Below, piece after piece: positions 15,573 through 24,897 of a DNA stretch of 32,994 nt. The stretch covers positions 1 to 32,994 of IMG/VR virus record IMGVR_UViG_3300020045_005549; one strand, written 5' to 3'. The number at the start of each line of letters is the position of its first letter. The stretch's first letter is position 1. The DNA comes from a virus. Its lineage: Duplodnaviria; Caudoviricetes. The notes under the pieces were generated by a model. It searched no databases, had not been told where the DNA came from, and worked only from the letters and a program-made list of their open reading frames with translations. Both the position numbers and the translations under genes were made by a program.

Positions 15573-16961
15573 ATGAAAGACATTCCTCAGATAAAGACGA
15601 TGGAAAACCTGTCCAACCTATACGCTGAAGAGTCAGTAATTGGCGGCTTACTGCTTGCCAATGAAACAGACGGGGCAACCTATGCGCTGGAAGTTTTGCG
15701 GCCTGATGATTTTTATTTTCGTGAACAACGCGAAATATGGAAAGCAATTTGCGAACTGATAGCCAGCAATCAACCAGCTGATCTGCTGACTGTTTCAGAC
15801 TGGCTGACTGTGAATAAAGTCGATATTTCTTTTTCTCGACTTGGCGAAATGGCAAAAAACACGCCAGGCCAGGCCAACATAAAGCGTTACACCGACATAG
15901 TTAAACAGAACTCAGTGATGCGAACAGCCAGGTCTAAGGTTCATACAGCTGCTGATATTTTGTATGGCCCCGGTGACTTTGACGAAAAAATGTCGAAGGT
16001 GCTTGATGAGCTTTCGCAAATTGGATCTGATGAACCTAAGGACGAAATAAAAAACGCTGGCGAAGTGCTTGATGAAGTTTTAGACGAAATGCAGATCGCC
16101 TATGAAGCTGGCGGGAAAGTTACAGGTCTTAAAACTGGATTTGAAAATATCGACTACTGGATACCGGGTATGCAGCCAGGTGATCTGGTCGTCATAGCTG
16201 CAAGGCCATCAATGGGTAAAACCACTTTGGCTATGAATATCGCTGAAAACGTGGCTTATCTTGATGAGGAAATTAACAACGTATTGGTTTTTTCTCTGGA
16301 AATGTCACGAAAGCAGCTGGTTAAAAAATCCATTGTAAGGTTCGGATCCCTGTATTTATCAAAAATAAACACTGGGGCCGCGCTTGGTGATACGCATGAC
16401 GTTGGACGGTTTAGTAATGCTTTAGAAGTGATCAGCAGGCGCAAAGCTAATTTTATTATTGACGATAGGCCGGGTCTTCACATAACCCAAATTCAGGCCA
16501 GATCAAAACGCATGTTGATGAAGCTGAAAAAAATAGGCTTGATTGTCGTTGATTACGCCCAGCTTGTTCACTCAGACGGAGAAACAAGGGCCTTGCGTGT
16601 TGGTGCAGTAACCAAAGGGCTAAAGGCTTTAGCTAAGCAGATTGGCTGCCCTGTCATTGTTCTGTCACAGTTAAATAGGGCAATAACCGGACGGCCTGAA
16701 ATGAGCAACTTAAAAGACTCAGGTTCGATTGAGGAAGATGCAGACATCATTATGTTTTTGCATGATGAAGACTACGAAGGCGATCGGGGAGATCACTCGC
16801 TTACTGAAATAATCATAAGCAAACAGCGCCTTGGCGCGACTGGTTCAACCTATCTGCAGCCAGAGCTTGCATTCAGTCGGTTTGTTGATACGAAGCGATT
16901 ACCAGAAGTAAAACAGGAAGGCAGGCCAGCAAAAGCTTACAAAAAAAGGTATGACCAATGA
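15573..16961 (+). CDS. dnaB: replicative DNA helicase
   Basis: AEESVIGGLL, IAARPSMGKT, FSLEM, VVDYAQL, LSQLNR, SGSIEEDAD; start could be 15561. Confidence 0.95.
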   Translation: MKDIPQIKTMENLSNLYAEESVIGGLLLANETDGATYALEVLRPDDFYFREQREIWKAICELIASNQPADLLTVSDWLTVNKVDISFSRLGEMAKNTPGQANIKRYTDIVKQNSVMRTARSKVHTAADILYGPGDFDEKMSKVLDELSQIGSDEPKDEIKNAGEVLDEVLDEMQIAYEAGGKVTGLKTGFENIDYWIPGMQPGDLVVIAARPSMGKTTLAMNIAENVAYLDEEINNVLVFSLEMSRKQLVKKSIVRFGSLYLSKINTGAALGDTHDVGRFSNALEVISRRKANFIIDDRPGLHITQIQARSKRMLMKLKKIGLIVVDYAQLVHSDGETRALRVGAVTKGLKALAKQIGCPVIVLSQLNRAITGRPEMSNLKDSGSIEEDADIIMFLHDEDYEGDRGDHSLTEIIISKQRLGATGSTYLQPELAFSRFVDTKRLPEVKQEGRPAKAYKKRYDQ

Positions 16962-17161
16962 GCGAATTCACCCCAACAAACGGCCAAGCAATACCGGGCT
17001 GCCGAATGAGAATGATCCGGGTTAAGACGGATAAATTCAAAGAACATGATGTTTTGGCAAGGTTTGCGGCCAACATCAAAGGCGTGACGGCTTACAAGGA
17101 AATCCGGCCATTGGATTGCCAAAGCGGGATTTATTGCAAAAGCACTACGAAAAGTTCGTAG
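16958..17161 (+). CDS. hypothetical protein
   Basis: ATGA overlap with dnaB; fills the operon gap. Confidence 0.55.
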   Translation: MSEFTPTNGQAIPGCRMRMIRVKTDKFKEHDVLARFAANIKGVTAYKEIRPLDCQSGIYCKSTTKSS

Positions 17162-17184
17162 TTAAAAAAACACATAGGTGATAC

Positions 17185-17637
17185 ATGAGTAAACGAAAAC
17201 CCCACAATCCAATAAAGCGCTACCAGCGCCAGAGTGAAGCGGCTGTTTCCGGCCTGGTCTTTGGCATGAAACCGGGCGACGATAGCGGCTTGGTGATGGC
17301 TTATAGGCTGAAAGATGGCAAACCAGCCGCCGTGGGGCCATCAGTTGCCAAGGCATTAGGCGATTGCTGCTTTAAGTTTGCTTTTGTGCTGGTGGTGGTG
17401 TCGAAGGAGTCAAACGGTAAGATTCGCACTGTAACGCATTTTGAGCGATTAAAGTCGGCTTACCGCCATAGTGACCTTATCAACCACCTAAACGTGCAAC
17501 ATGATGCCATGCTGGAAGCGGAAAGGGCAAAGAATGAAATAATTAGTGCGGGCTGGTTGTGTTGTCCAGTTCCGCACAATGACGATGATCTACTGTTTCA
17601 GCAGATGGTTAGTATTTTGGAGAATACAGATGATTGA
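17185..17637 (+). CDS. hypothetical protein
   Basis: AGGTGA RBS; basic N-terminus (MSKRKPHNPIKR). Confidence 0.75.
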   Translation: MSKRKPHNPIKRYQRQSEAAVSGLVFGMKPGDDSGLVMAYRLKDGKPAAVGPSVAKALGDCCFKFAFVLVVVSKESNGKIRTVTHFERLKSAYRHSDLINHLNVQHDAMLEAERAKNEIISAGWLCCPVPHNDDDLLFQQMVSILENTDD

Positions 17638-18433
17638 TTTAATGCACGGAGATTGCTTAGAGCTTTTACAAAAGGTACCGACAGGATCCGTTGATTTAAT
17701 TCTGGCTGATTTGCCGTATGGTACGACCATGTGCGCTTGGGATTCGATAATTCCTTTAACTTGGCACATAAAATACGGAGGAAAAACTTACTACTTAAGC
17801 GAGGCGTTAGAGAGAGGCTTTTCTTTCGCTTATTTTGAGCAAAACAAAAAGCAGGGACTGTGGGAACAATATCTGCGCGTCTCAAAAGAGAGCGCAGCCA
17901 TAGTGCTTACAGCTGCGCAACCTTTCACCAGTCAGTTGGTTATGAGCAAACCAGATCTATTTCGTTACGATTGGGTGTGGGAGAAAGGCAATGCTACGGG
18001 CTTCTTTAACGCAAAGCTGATGCCGTTACGGGCCCATGAGTCAGTACTTGTTTTTTATCGCAAGCTGCCAACGTACAACCCACAAAAAACAAGCGGCCAC
18101 CCACTAAAGACCGCCAAGAAAAAAGTAGTTAATTCAGAGTGCTATGGTAAAGATATTTCTCTGCCAAGTTATTCGAGTACTGAGCGGTACCCGCGCAGCG
18201 TCCAGTTTTTCAAAAGCGATAAACAGAAGGCCAACTTTCACCCGACACAAAAACCTGCAGACCTGATGAGATACTTAATCAGAACTTACAGCAATGAGGG
18301 CGATACGGTGCTGGATAACTGCATGGGTAGCGGCACAACTGGACTGGCTGCAAAGCTTGAGGGCAGATCGTTTATTGGCATAGAAATGGACAGGAAGCAC
18401 TTTGATACAGCTTGCAGCAGGATTATTGAATAA
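17630..18433 (+). CDS. beta-class N4/N6 DNA methyltransferase
   Basis: GDCLE, DLPYG, WVWEK, HPTQKP, VLDNCMGSGTT, FIGIE; start ATG 17630. Confidence 0.92.
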   Translation: MIDLMHGDCLELLQKVPTGSVDLILADLPYGTTMCAWDSIIPLTWHIKYGGKTYYLSEALERGFSFAYFEQNKKQGLWEQYLRVSKESAAIVLTAAQPFTSQLVMSKPDLFRYDWVWEKGNATGFFNAKLMPLRAHESVLVFYRKLPTYNPQKTSGHPLKTAKKKVVNSECYGKDISLPSYSSTERYPRSVQFFKSDKQKANFHPTQKPADLMRYLIRTYSNEGDTVLDNCMGSGTTGLAAKLEGRSFIGIEMDRKHFDTACSRIIE

Positions 18434-18434
18434 C

Positions 18435-18462
18435 AAAAAGCCCCGATTAAGGGGCTTTCTTC
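18435..18462. terminator. bidirectional terminator
   Basis: AAAGCCCC-GATTAA-GGGGCTTT between convergent genes. Confidence 0.8.
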
Positions 18463-18719
18463 ACTTCGGCTTCTTTGCGCTTTTTCTTGATCTTCTGGTG
18501 GTAAGTCTCCGTTCTGAATTCTTCCTTAATCTCAATGCCGTCATAGTATTTCAGATCGACTTTCAGCTTGCCGTCAGTGCGGACATGCAAAAGCCATGCT
18601 CTGTGCCATGGCACGACCAATCCCCAACCGCCGTGAACGCCTTGGTAAGTCGTATCAGCCGCCCGCGCCATTGCTGACGAGTTGTTTTTGAAATGGTTTA
18701 ACGCTGTTTGGTGAAGCAT
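18447..18719 (-). CDS. cro: Cro-like repressor (N15/P22 Cro type)
   Basis: ALNHF...AMARA...QGV..W...VP..RA..L...T.GKLK parallels N15 Cro; divergent from the early operon. Confidence 0.7.
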   Translation of the reverse strand: MLHQTALNHFKNNSSAMARAADTTYQGVHGGWGLVVPWHRAWLLHVRTDGKLKVDLKYYDGIEIKEEFRTETYHQKIKKKRKEAEVKKAP

Positions 18720-18745
18720 GGTTTACCCTCTTTGTTGTTTTACAC

Positions 18746-18816
18746 ATGATAGTCCATGAAATATATTTCAGCAAACACAAAATATACTTGCATTATTATA
18801 TTGCCACGTTAATAAT
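18746..18816. promoter_or_regulatory. divergent promoters with operator-like palindrome
   Basis: Leftward TTGCTG-17-TATCAT; rightward TTGCAT-17-AATAAT; perfect palindrome TGAAATATATTTCA at 18757-18770. Confidence 0.7.
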
Positions 18817-18842
18817 TGACTCAACTCAACAAGGAGATAGCC

Positions 18843-19187
18843 ATGTTATTAGAAAACATCCACCGCTCAAAAACTAAAGCCGAAGCTGATTTTTTATTGC
18901 AGCTGCGCTTTGCCTGTGTATCTGCTGCCGTTAATGGCCGCGACCTGAAAACTGATGCAAAAGTGCAGCGCCGCACTGCCGATGTACTGAGCCAAATTGT
19001 GAAGCAACACCCAAGCAAAGAGTTTGAAGATAAATACATCATCAGAGCTGGCGAGCTTGGTCAAGGCTTTGCTATTCGTGTCGCACCGGATTATTCGTCC
19101 GTTCAAATATTTCAGACTAACAATCCGGAAGTAGTGTCAATTTCCGTCAATGTTTTGACGCAGTATCAGCGCGAGGTGGTGGCATGA
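18843..19187 (+). CDS. hypothetical protein
   Basis: AAGGAG RBS before ATG 18843. Confidence 0.75.
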   Translation: MLLENIHRSKTKAEADFLLQLRFACVSAAVNGRDLKTDAKVQRRTADVLSQIVKQHPSKEFEDKYIIRAGELGQGFAIRVAPDYSSVQIFQTNNPEVVSISVNVLTQYQREVVA

Positions 19188-19420
19188 TGGAATTCACAGA
19201 ACAACGCGCAGCGGTTTTGCTTGAGCTGCATACCATGATCAAAGCTTATCGACTGATGCAAGACTTAGTTGATACAGGTAAAGCAACCATGTTTTTTTCA
19301 GAAGCTTGTGAGCAGCTAGGCTTTGCGGTAATAGATTACAGATCTGATTACATGATTACACCCGAAGAAGAAAAGCAGTTCAGCAAAGCAATAAAGCGGG
19401 GCGAGTATGGAAACCGTTAA
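19184..19420 (+). CDS. hypothetical protein
   Basis: GAGGTGG RBS, ATGA overlap. Confidence 0.7.
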   Translation: MMEFTEQRAAVLLELHTMIKAYRLMQDLVDTGKATMFFSEACEQLGFAVIDYRSDYMITPEEEKQFSKAIKRGEYGNR

Positions 19421-20504
19421 TTCACTGCAGGCCAAAATCGACAAGTGCAAAAGTCGGATTGCTGACTTGCGAACTCATCAGATGATGAGTGATGGTTCAC
19501 AAGCTCGCCGTGACTACGACCAGCAAATCAGTGCTGAACAGAAACTTATGGCCGGATATGTTGATCAGCTGGTAAAGCTCCAGTCGTTGCAGGACGATGC
19601 GCCAACATTTGATATGTTCGCTGATGCGCCGGATTTTTTTGACATTCCTGAGTTTGAGGAAATGCCAGCACCAGTTGCATCAGGTGAGTTTAAAGGCGCT
19701 GGTTTGTACCTTGATATGCCTAACGACTGGTATCGCGCCCAGGAAGGTGTCAGCAAGTCTGACTTGATGTACTTGCAGGATAGCGAGTGCGATTTCCTGT
19801 GGAACAAAAACGCTCAACGTGATCCAGAAGCTTTAAAGACTTTTGACACTGGCACCGCCTTTCACTGCATCATTTTTGAATATGAACATTTTGATAGTCG
19901 CTACATTGTCGCTCCACCATTTAACCGTCGCAAGCCAAGTGAGCGCGAGCGAGAAGCCGCGTTTTTGGACGAAATGAGCGGCGAAGGCAAAATAATTATT
20001 ACGCACGAAGACAATAAGAAAATCAGGGCCATGCGGGAAAGCTGCTACGCACACCCTAAAGCCCGGTTATTCCTGGAGGCTGACGGCATCTGTGAGGCGT
20101 CAATATTTAACGTTGACGCTGAGACTGGCGAAATGGTCAAAGTGCGTCCCGATAAAATTATTCAGTTTCAGGACAGGCACATCATTATTGACGCGAAAAG
20201 CATAGGCCAGTTTGACCGGATGGCTGCATCGGTTCAGGATTTGGGTTATCACGTTCAAGATGCAATGTACTCTGACGTATACCGAAAACACTTCGGCCAT
20301 GCTCCAGAGTTTCATTTTCTGTTCTGCAGTACCACGATGGAGATCGGGCGCTATCCTGTAACGGTGCGCGAGCTGCCGGACTACTGGCGCGAAGATGGCT
20401 ATAACACGTACCGCGAACTTTTGCTGAAATACCACGAAGCCAAAACAAACGACGATTGGCTTGATCGGGTTTCATTGCTTCAACGCCCTAAGTGGGTAAA
20501 ATAA
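19407..20504 (+). CDS. recE: RecE/exonuclease VIII-like PD-(D/E)XK nuclease (DUF3799)
   Basis: GVSKSDL, GTAFH, CEASIF, KVRPD, IIDAK, YHVQDAMY. Confidence 0.88.
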   Translation: METVNSLQAKIDKCKSRIADLRTHQMMSDGSQARRDYDQQISAEQKLMAGYVDQLVKLQSLQDDAPTFDMFADAPDFFDIPEFEEMPAPVASGEFKGAGLYLDMPNDWYRAQEGVSKSDLMYLQDSECDFLWNKNAQRDPEALKTFDTGTAFHCIIFEYEHFDSRYIVAPPFNRRKPSEREREAAFLDEMSGEGKIIITHEDNKKIRAMRESCYAHPKARLFLEADGICEASIFNVDAETGEMVKVRPDKIIQFQDRHIIIDAKSIGQFDRMAASVQDLGYHVQDAMYSDVYRKHFGHAPEFHFLFCSTTMEIGRYPVTVRELPDYWREDGYNTYRELLLKYHEAKTNDDWLDRVSLLQRPKWVK

Positions 20505-20515
20505 AAAGGTGATCT

Positions 20516-21355
20516 ATGACACAGTTAGTTGAATACAAAACAGATGCGGCAACGCTGATTTTGAACCCACAATCAATGGGGCAGGTTTACCGCTTCGCTG
20601 AGCTTATGGCATCCGGAACAGTGACCACACCTAAGCATCTTCAGGGCAAGCCGTCTGACTGCATGGCTGTTGTGATGCAGTCTATGCGTTGGGGTATGGA
20701 TCCGTTTGTAGTGGCCCAAAAGACGCACGTAGTTAATGGAAACTTAGGGTATGAAGCGCAGCTTGTTAACGCTGTCCTGCAATCATCTGGCGCTATCGTT
20801 GGCCGATTCCACTATGAATACCACGGCGAAGGTAACGCGCTGCAGTGTCGTGTCGGAGCAATACCTGCTGGTGAGTCAGATGTGGTCTGGAATGAATGGC
20901 TAAAAATCTCTGACATTACCACCAAAAATAGCCCCCTTTGGAAGACAAACCCTAAGCAACAGATGGGTTATTTGCAGGTGAAGAACTGGGGCCGCGCCTA
21001 TGCTCCAGGTGCAATCCTTGGCGTTTACACTGCTGATGAGCTGATGGATATTCCACCAGAAAAGGAAATTAACCCGGCAGGATCTGCGTCATCAAACAAA
21101 CCAGAGAAGTCAAAAACTTCACTGAAAGAAATGACTAAAACCAAAGCCGCACCTGTCGAAGATGCGCCAGAGTTTGAAGCGCATGTGTTATCGCCAGAAG
21201 CACAGAAGCAAGCTGATCGGCTGGTTGATTGTCAGTCAGCAAAAGACCTGAACGAGTGGGCTGCTGATTCAGAAGCTAAGTTTCCTCAGGGTCATGTGGA
21301 CTTTGAAGAGCTATATCAGTTATACGTTCAGCGCTGCAATGAGTTGTCAGCATAA
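20516..21355 (+). CDS. recT: RecT-family single-strand annealing protein
   Basis: PKHLQGKPSDC, WGMDPFVVAQKT, GYEAQLVNA, WKTNPKQQ, ILGVYTADEL; adjacent to RecE. Confidence 0.9.
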   Translation: MTQLVEYKTDAATLILNPQSMGQVYRFAELMASGTVTTPKHLQGKPSDCMAVVMQSMRWGMDPFVVAQKTHVVNGNLGYEAQLVNAVLQSSGAIVGRFHYEYHGEGNALQCRVGAIPAGESDVVWNEWLKISDITTKNSPLWKTNPKQQMGYLQVKNWGRAYAPGAILGVYTADELMDIPPEKEINPAGSASSNKPEKSKTSLKEMTKTKAAPVEDAPEFEAHVLSPEAQKQADRLVDCQSAKDLNEWAADSEAKFPQGHVDFEELYQLYVQRCNELSA

Positions 21356-21395
21356 ATTTAACTGGACCGGCTGAGTCCGGGCCTTGGTGAGATAT

Positions 21396-21671
21396 ATGAA
21401 TCAGCACATATCAACAACTGAGCGTACAGCGAGAAAAGACTATTCCTGCATGTCATGCGAATGGCTTGCAGGGCTTGACGATTTTAGCTGGTTTTCTTTT
21501 GCAGAAAAACGGTTGCTTGTTACTCTCCTAAGAAAGAAAAAAGGCATGATCCGAAAAGGCGAAAAGCACATGGTGTGCGTTGGAAAGTACGAAGGTGAAA
21601 TAATTACAAGTCGCTACATTCAGAAGGCGCACGAGCTTTGCAAAAAACATGATGTTTACTGCTATGACTAA
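21396..21671 (+). CDS. hypothetical protein (ARK.Y.CxxC motif)
   Basis: GGTGAG RBS before ATG 21396. Confidence 0.7.
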   Translation: MNQHISTTERTARKDYSCMSCEWLAGLDDFSWFSFAEKRLLVTLLRKKKGMIRKGEKHMVCVGKYEGEIITSRYIQKAHELCKKHDVYCYD

Positions 21672-21677
21672 AAACCC

Positions 21678-21706
21678 AGCCCGACCACCATCGGGCTTTT
21701 TATTTT
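21678..21706 (+). terminator. rho-independent terminator
   Basis: AGCCCGA-N6-TCGGGCT followed by a T run. Confidence 0.85.
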
Positions 21707-21717
21707 AAAAAAAATAC

Positions 21718-21746
21718 TTGCGGCAATATATATCTTGCATTATATT
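21718..21746 (+). promoter_or_regulatory. sigma70 promoter
   Basis: TTGCGG-17-TATATT with an upstream A-tract and an AATATAT box. Confidence 0.7.
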
Positions 21747-21775
21747 TAACTCGGAATTTAAACAAGGAAAAAGCC

Positions 21776-22954
21776 ATGTCACAAACTGAATTAGTCGCCA
21801 CCATTAAAACGCCTTTGATCCTCGAAGGTAACTTCGCAGAAGTTCGGGCGCACTTTGTCGAAGAACTGAAAAAATATGACGTAGTGGTCACGCTGGAAAC
21901 TTTGCCGGATGCTAAGAAATTGGCAACCGAATTAAACAAAGCGGCCACCGAAGCCAAAAACCGGGGTAAGACCGTCGCTGCTGAAGCGTCCGCCCCTGTT
22001 GATGCTTTCAATGCTCAGGTTAAAGAGTTGGCGCAATTGCTTTTAGATGCTCGCACTAAACTGACTGTGCAGGTCAAGACCTTTGAAGATGAAACCCGCG
22101 CTAAGGCTCTGGCAGCGCTTCAGGCTTATTTAGTTGAGCAGGGTACGACTAAAGGCATTACTCAGGAGTTTCAACGCGCCACGGTTGACGACTTAGCCAA
22201 TCTGTCCACGCTGACCAGTACGGGTAAATTGTCGTCTAAAGCCAAAGGCGAAGTCGATGCGCGGGTAAATGCCGATTTGCAGTTGCAGCAGCAGACTGAA
22301 ACCAGGCTGTTAAAACTGGAGCTGGAAAGCCACAAAGCCGGACTTGCTGCACCGCTTACCCGTAACCACGTTGAACTATTCTTGTTTGAGCAGGACGGCG
22401 TTTATCAGATGCGGTTAGAGCATTTGTTTGAGGCTGAATTACAGCGTGAAGCCAAGGCTCGTGAAGCTGCTGATTTACGTGCAAAACAGGAGTCTGAGCG
22501 CAACCTTTTAGCCCAGCAACGCGCAGCAGAAGCCGAAGCCAAAGCAGCGCAACAGGCAGAGCAAAACCGGATATTGCAGGAGCAGCAAGAGCAGCAGCGC
22601 CAGCAACAAGCCGAACAGATGCAATTGCAGCAGGAGCAGCACCAGCGCGAACTGGCGGCGGCTAAAGCTAATCTGGCACAGCAGGCACCTACAGTGGCAG
22701 AAGCTGCAAAGGTTGTTCAGGTCGCTACTGGTCAATCAAATGAATTCGCCATTGCTCCAGTTTTGCAAGCAAAAACAAACAGCACCCGCTTTGTCGGTGA
22801 TGACTCAGGTGCGCTGCTGCAGGCTCTTCAAGTGGCATCAGCATCAGGTCATGCCGAAGTGTGGCGCAAGGCCCAACCAGTGCAACTAGTCGCCGTAGTG
22901 CTTACTGGTCAGGCTGCAATTGATTACCGTAATTTGGTTAAGGCTGGTGCGTGA
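21776..22954 (+). CDS. DUF1351-like coiled-coil protein
   Basis: NF.E......L.KY..VVT.E...DAKKLATELNK pattern; Q/A/E-rich coil. Confidence 0.7.
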   Translation: MSQTELVATIKTPLILEGNFAEVRAHFVEELKKYDVVVTLETLPDAKKLATELNKAATEAKNRGKTVAAEASAPVDAFNAQVKELAQLLLDARTKLTVQVKTFEDETRAKALAALQAYLVEQGTTKGITQEFQRATVDDLANLSTLTSTGKLSSKAKGEVDARVNADLQLQQQTETRLLKLELESHKAGLAAPLTRNHVELFLFEQDGVYQMRLEHLFEAELQREAKAREAADLRAKQESERNLLAQQRAAEAEAKAAQQAEQNRILQEQQEQQRQQQAEQMQLQQEQHQRELAAAKANLAQQAPTVAEAAKVVQVATGQSNEFAIAPVLQAKTNSTRFVGDDSGALLQALQVASASGHAEVWRKAQPVQLVAVVLTGQAAIDYRNLVKAGA

Positions 22955-23232
22955 TGAGTATCCACAAGTGCGATAAATGCGAAAAGTACATTAAGCCTGA
23001 TCCGGCATCTTTTAAAGTCGGTGATAGTGTGACTTTTACTGTCACTTCAACTAATGGCCGATCTGTCAGAATGAAAGCTGTTGACGGAAAAGTTGTTCAT
23101 GCTGAACAAAATACTTTAGTTGTAGAGCACCGCAAAAACCAAACACTTGTTAAGCGAACAGCAGTTACATTAAAAGGCGCCCCAAGCCCTCTAACGTATC
23201 AGCTTTTTGGTGTTTGCTCATGCGCTACCTAA
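22951..23232 (+). CDS. hypothetical protein (CxxC ... CxC, SH3-like core)
   Basis: Overlaps the upstream stop; FKVGDSVTF. Confidence 0.65.
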   Translation: MMSIHKCDKCEKYIKPDPASFKVGDSVTFTVTSTNGRSVRMKAVDGKVVHAEQNTLVVEHRKNQTLVKRTAVTLKGAPSPLTYQLFGVCSCAT

Positions 23233-23477
23233 TCCAAGGCAGCCAAACAACTGAACGCCTTGAACTTCTGCTGAGCCTAACCCGCATCAGCAGTGAGTCG
23301 GTGCGGGATGCGCTGAGCGATTACCTTGTACGCGGCCTGTCGGATTCTCTGGCAGCGTCAGCAAACGGTGTCTTGCTGCCAAACTTCACCAAGGCGTTAA
23401 AGTCGCTGGATCAGGTTGCGGCCACAGTCGAGAAAATAAAGGAAATCGACTGGCGGCACCTGAAATCAGTTAAGTGA
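23220..23477 (+). CDS. PapB/FocB-family transcription regulator
   Basis: LI.G.....R.ELLL.LT.I.SE....AL.DYLV.G......A...GV...NF...L..L pattern. Confidence 0.75.
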   Translation: MRYLIQGSQTTERLELLLSLTRISSESVRDALSDYLVRGLSDSLAASANGVLLPNFTKALKSLDQVAATVEKIKEIDWRHLKSVK

Positions 23478-23505
23478 TAAGTTTAATTAATTTAATAGGT
23501 GATTT

Positions 23506-23778
23506 ATGAGTATTGTTGAAAATATAGAGTCAATTATTAAGCGCAAGAAAACACTGGAAAACCTGCTTTCAACTTTGCGTGAATCTCTTGCATTGCGGGA
23601 TAAATCAGTGGGGCTATTCTATGTTGCGCCAAAAGGCTTTGGTTCGGGTTATTCCTTCCTTCTTAAGTGGGATGACATATTGCCTCTGGCAGAAAAACAA
23701 ATGGCCGATGTTCAATCAGAGCTGGACGGCATCAACAAAAAGCTGGATGCAATCGGCGCACTGATGGGAGCTGAATAA
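23506..23778 (+). CDS. hypothetical protein
   Basis: AGGTGA RBS. Confidence 0.75.
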   Translation: MSIVENIESIIKRKKTLENLLSTLRESLALRDKSVGLFYVAPKGFGSGYSFLLKWDDILPLAEKQMADVQSELDGINKKLDAIGALMGAE

Positions 23779-24014
23779 TGGGAACTGCAACACGCCAATA
23801 CAAAAAAGAGCAGGGCTCTGATGTTCTGGAATGTGAAGCTCGATACGGCTACGGGATCCGAGTTGGTCAGGCAACGCTGGCATGGTGTCATAATAAGGGA
23901 TGCTGGCTGCTTCCGGATGGCCCGAACCAGAAAAACAGACTGATTAGCAGCGCACACAAAGCTCTTCGCTTTGCTCGCAACATGCACTGCGAAATGACAG
24001 GGGTGCGGGTGTAA
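23778..24014 (+). CDS. hypothetical protein
   Basis: TAATG coupling on both sides. Confidence 0.7.
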   Translation: MGTATRQYKKEQGSDVLECEARYGYGIRVGQATLAWCHNKGCWLLPDGPNQKNRLISSAHKALRFARNMHCEMTGVRV

Positions 24015-24553
24015 TGGACAGAAACGCATGGCGGACACCGCCAGAGATATTTGCAGCAATGAGCGAAGAGTTTAGCTTTAGGCTGGACGCTGCGGCCAGC
24101 AAAGAGAATGCTTTGTGCCTAAAATTTATTGACCAATCAAATAATGCAATTGGCGAATACGATTGGTTGCCGGATCCTGATAATGGGATAGGTGCAGGTC
24201 ATTATGTATGGTGTAACCCGCCATACTCTGATATTGGCCCTTGGGTTAGCAAAGCAGCTGAACAGTCTATGCTGAATGGCATTGGCGTTGTTATGCTGGT
24301 TATGTCTGACACTTCAGTCGGCTGGTATAAAAAGGCCATTGAAAACTGTCAGGAAGTGCGATTTATCACTGGCGGCCGCCTTGCGTTTTTAGATCCTGAA
24401 ACCGGAAAACCAACCGGTGGCAACAACAAAGGCAGTATGTTTTTAATCTGGCATCCGTTTGCAAAGGGTGATCTGGTTGTGAAGCATGTTGACCGTGACA
24501 CCCTCATGAGTGAGGGAACCAAAATTATAGAGGGGTACTCATGTTCATTTTAA
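24014..24553 (+). CDS. dam: phage N6-adenine DNA methyltransferase (T1/HP1 Dam-type)
   Basis: WRTPPEIF, LDAAAS..NA.C, VWCNPPYS, DTSVGWY, GRLAF, GNNKGSM. Confidence 0.9.
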   Translation: MDRNAWRTPPEIFAAMSEEFSFRLDAAASKENALCLKFIDQSNNAIGEYDWLPDPDNGIGAGHYVWCNPPYSDIGPWVSKAAEQSMLNGIGVVMLVMSDTSVGWYKKAIENCQEVRFITGGRLAFLDPETGKPTGGNNKGSMFLIWHPFAKGDLVVKHVDRDTLMSEGTKIIEGYSCSF

Positions 24554-24765
24554 TTATACTTGTCCTTATCGCTATGATCGCACTTATCCGCCGTGATGGT
24601 ATGAAAGAAGTGCAGGAGCGCGAAGAATTCAGAAGGCACCTGGATCACATTCGGGCCATATTTATTCATGAGCGCGAACGGGTGCAGGAGCTAAGGCGGT
24701 CAAAACTCAGGCACTGGTCAGTTGGTTGTGATGAGTTGAGGCAGTCAACGATGTTGGAGGAATAA
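24541..24765 (+). CDS. small single-pass membrane protein
   Basis: Hydrophobic N-terminus FILIILVLIAMIALI; GAGGGG RBS. Confidence 0.7.
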   Translation: MFILIILVLIAMIALIRRDGMKEVQEREEFRRHLDHIRAIFIHERERVQELRRSKLRHWSVGCDELRQSTMLEE

Positions 24766-24897
24766 TTGAAGGCGTTTAAAATAAAAATACCGGGTTATAA
24801 GCCTTTTACGATGATTACTGAAACGCCTGAAAGTGAAATACCCAAAGCAGTTAAGGAAAAGTTTTTAGTCTGGCCGATTAGCGTTGAGCAGTTATAA
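24766..24897 (+). CDS. hypothetical 43-aa protein (MKAFKIKIPGYKPFTMITETPESEIPKAVKEKFLVWPISVEQL)
   Basis: GGAGGA RBS, TTG start, ends at the terminator; not in the ORF track. Confidence 0.65.
   Translation: MKAFKIKIPGYKPFTMITETPESEIPKAVKEKFLVWPISVEQL

Noticed and set aside
22500-22690. CAG/GCA-rich repetitive DNA
   Set aside because: Explained by the Gln/Ala/Glu coiled-coil coding sequence.
6107-23508. Recurring (AT)AGGTGA(T) motif before many genes
   Set aside because: A Shine-Dalgarno variant complementary to the 16S rRNA 3' end, not an operator or repeat family.
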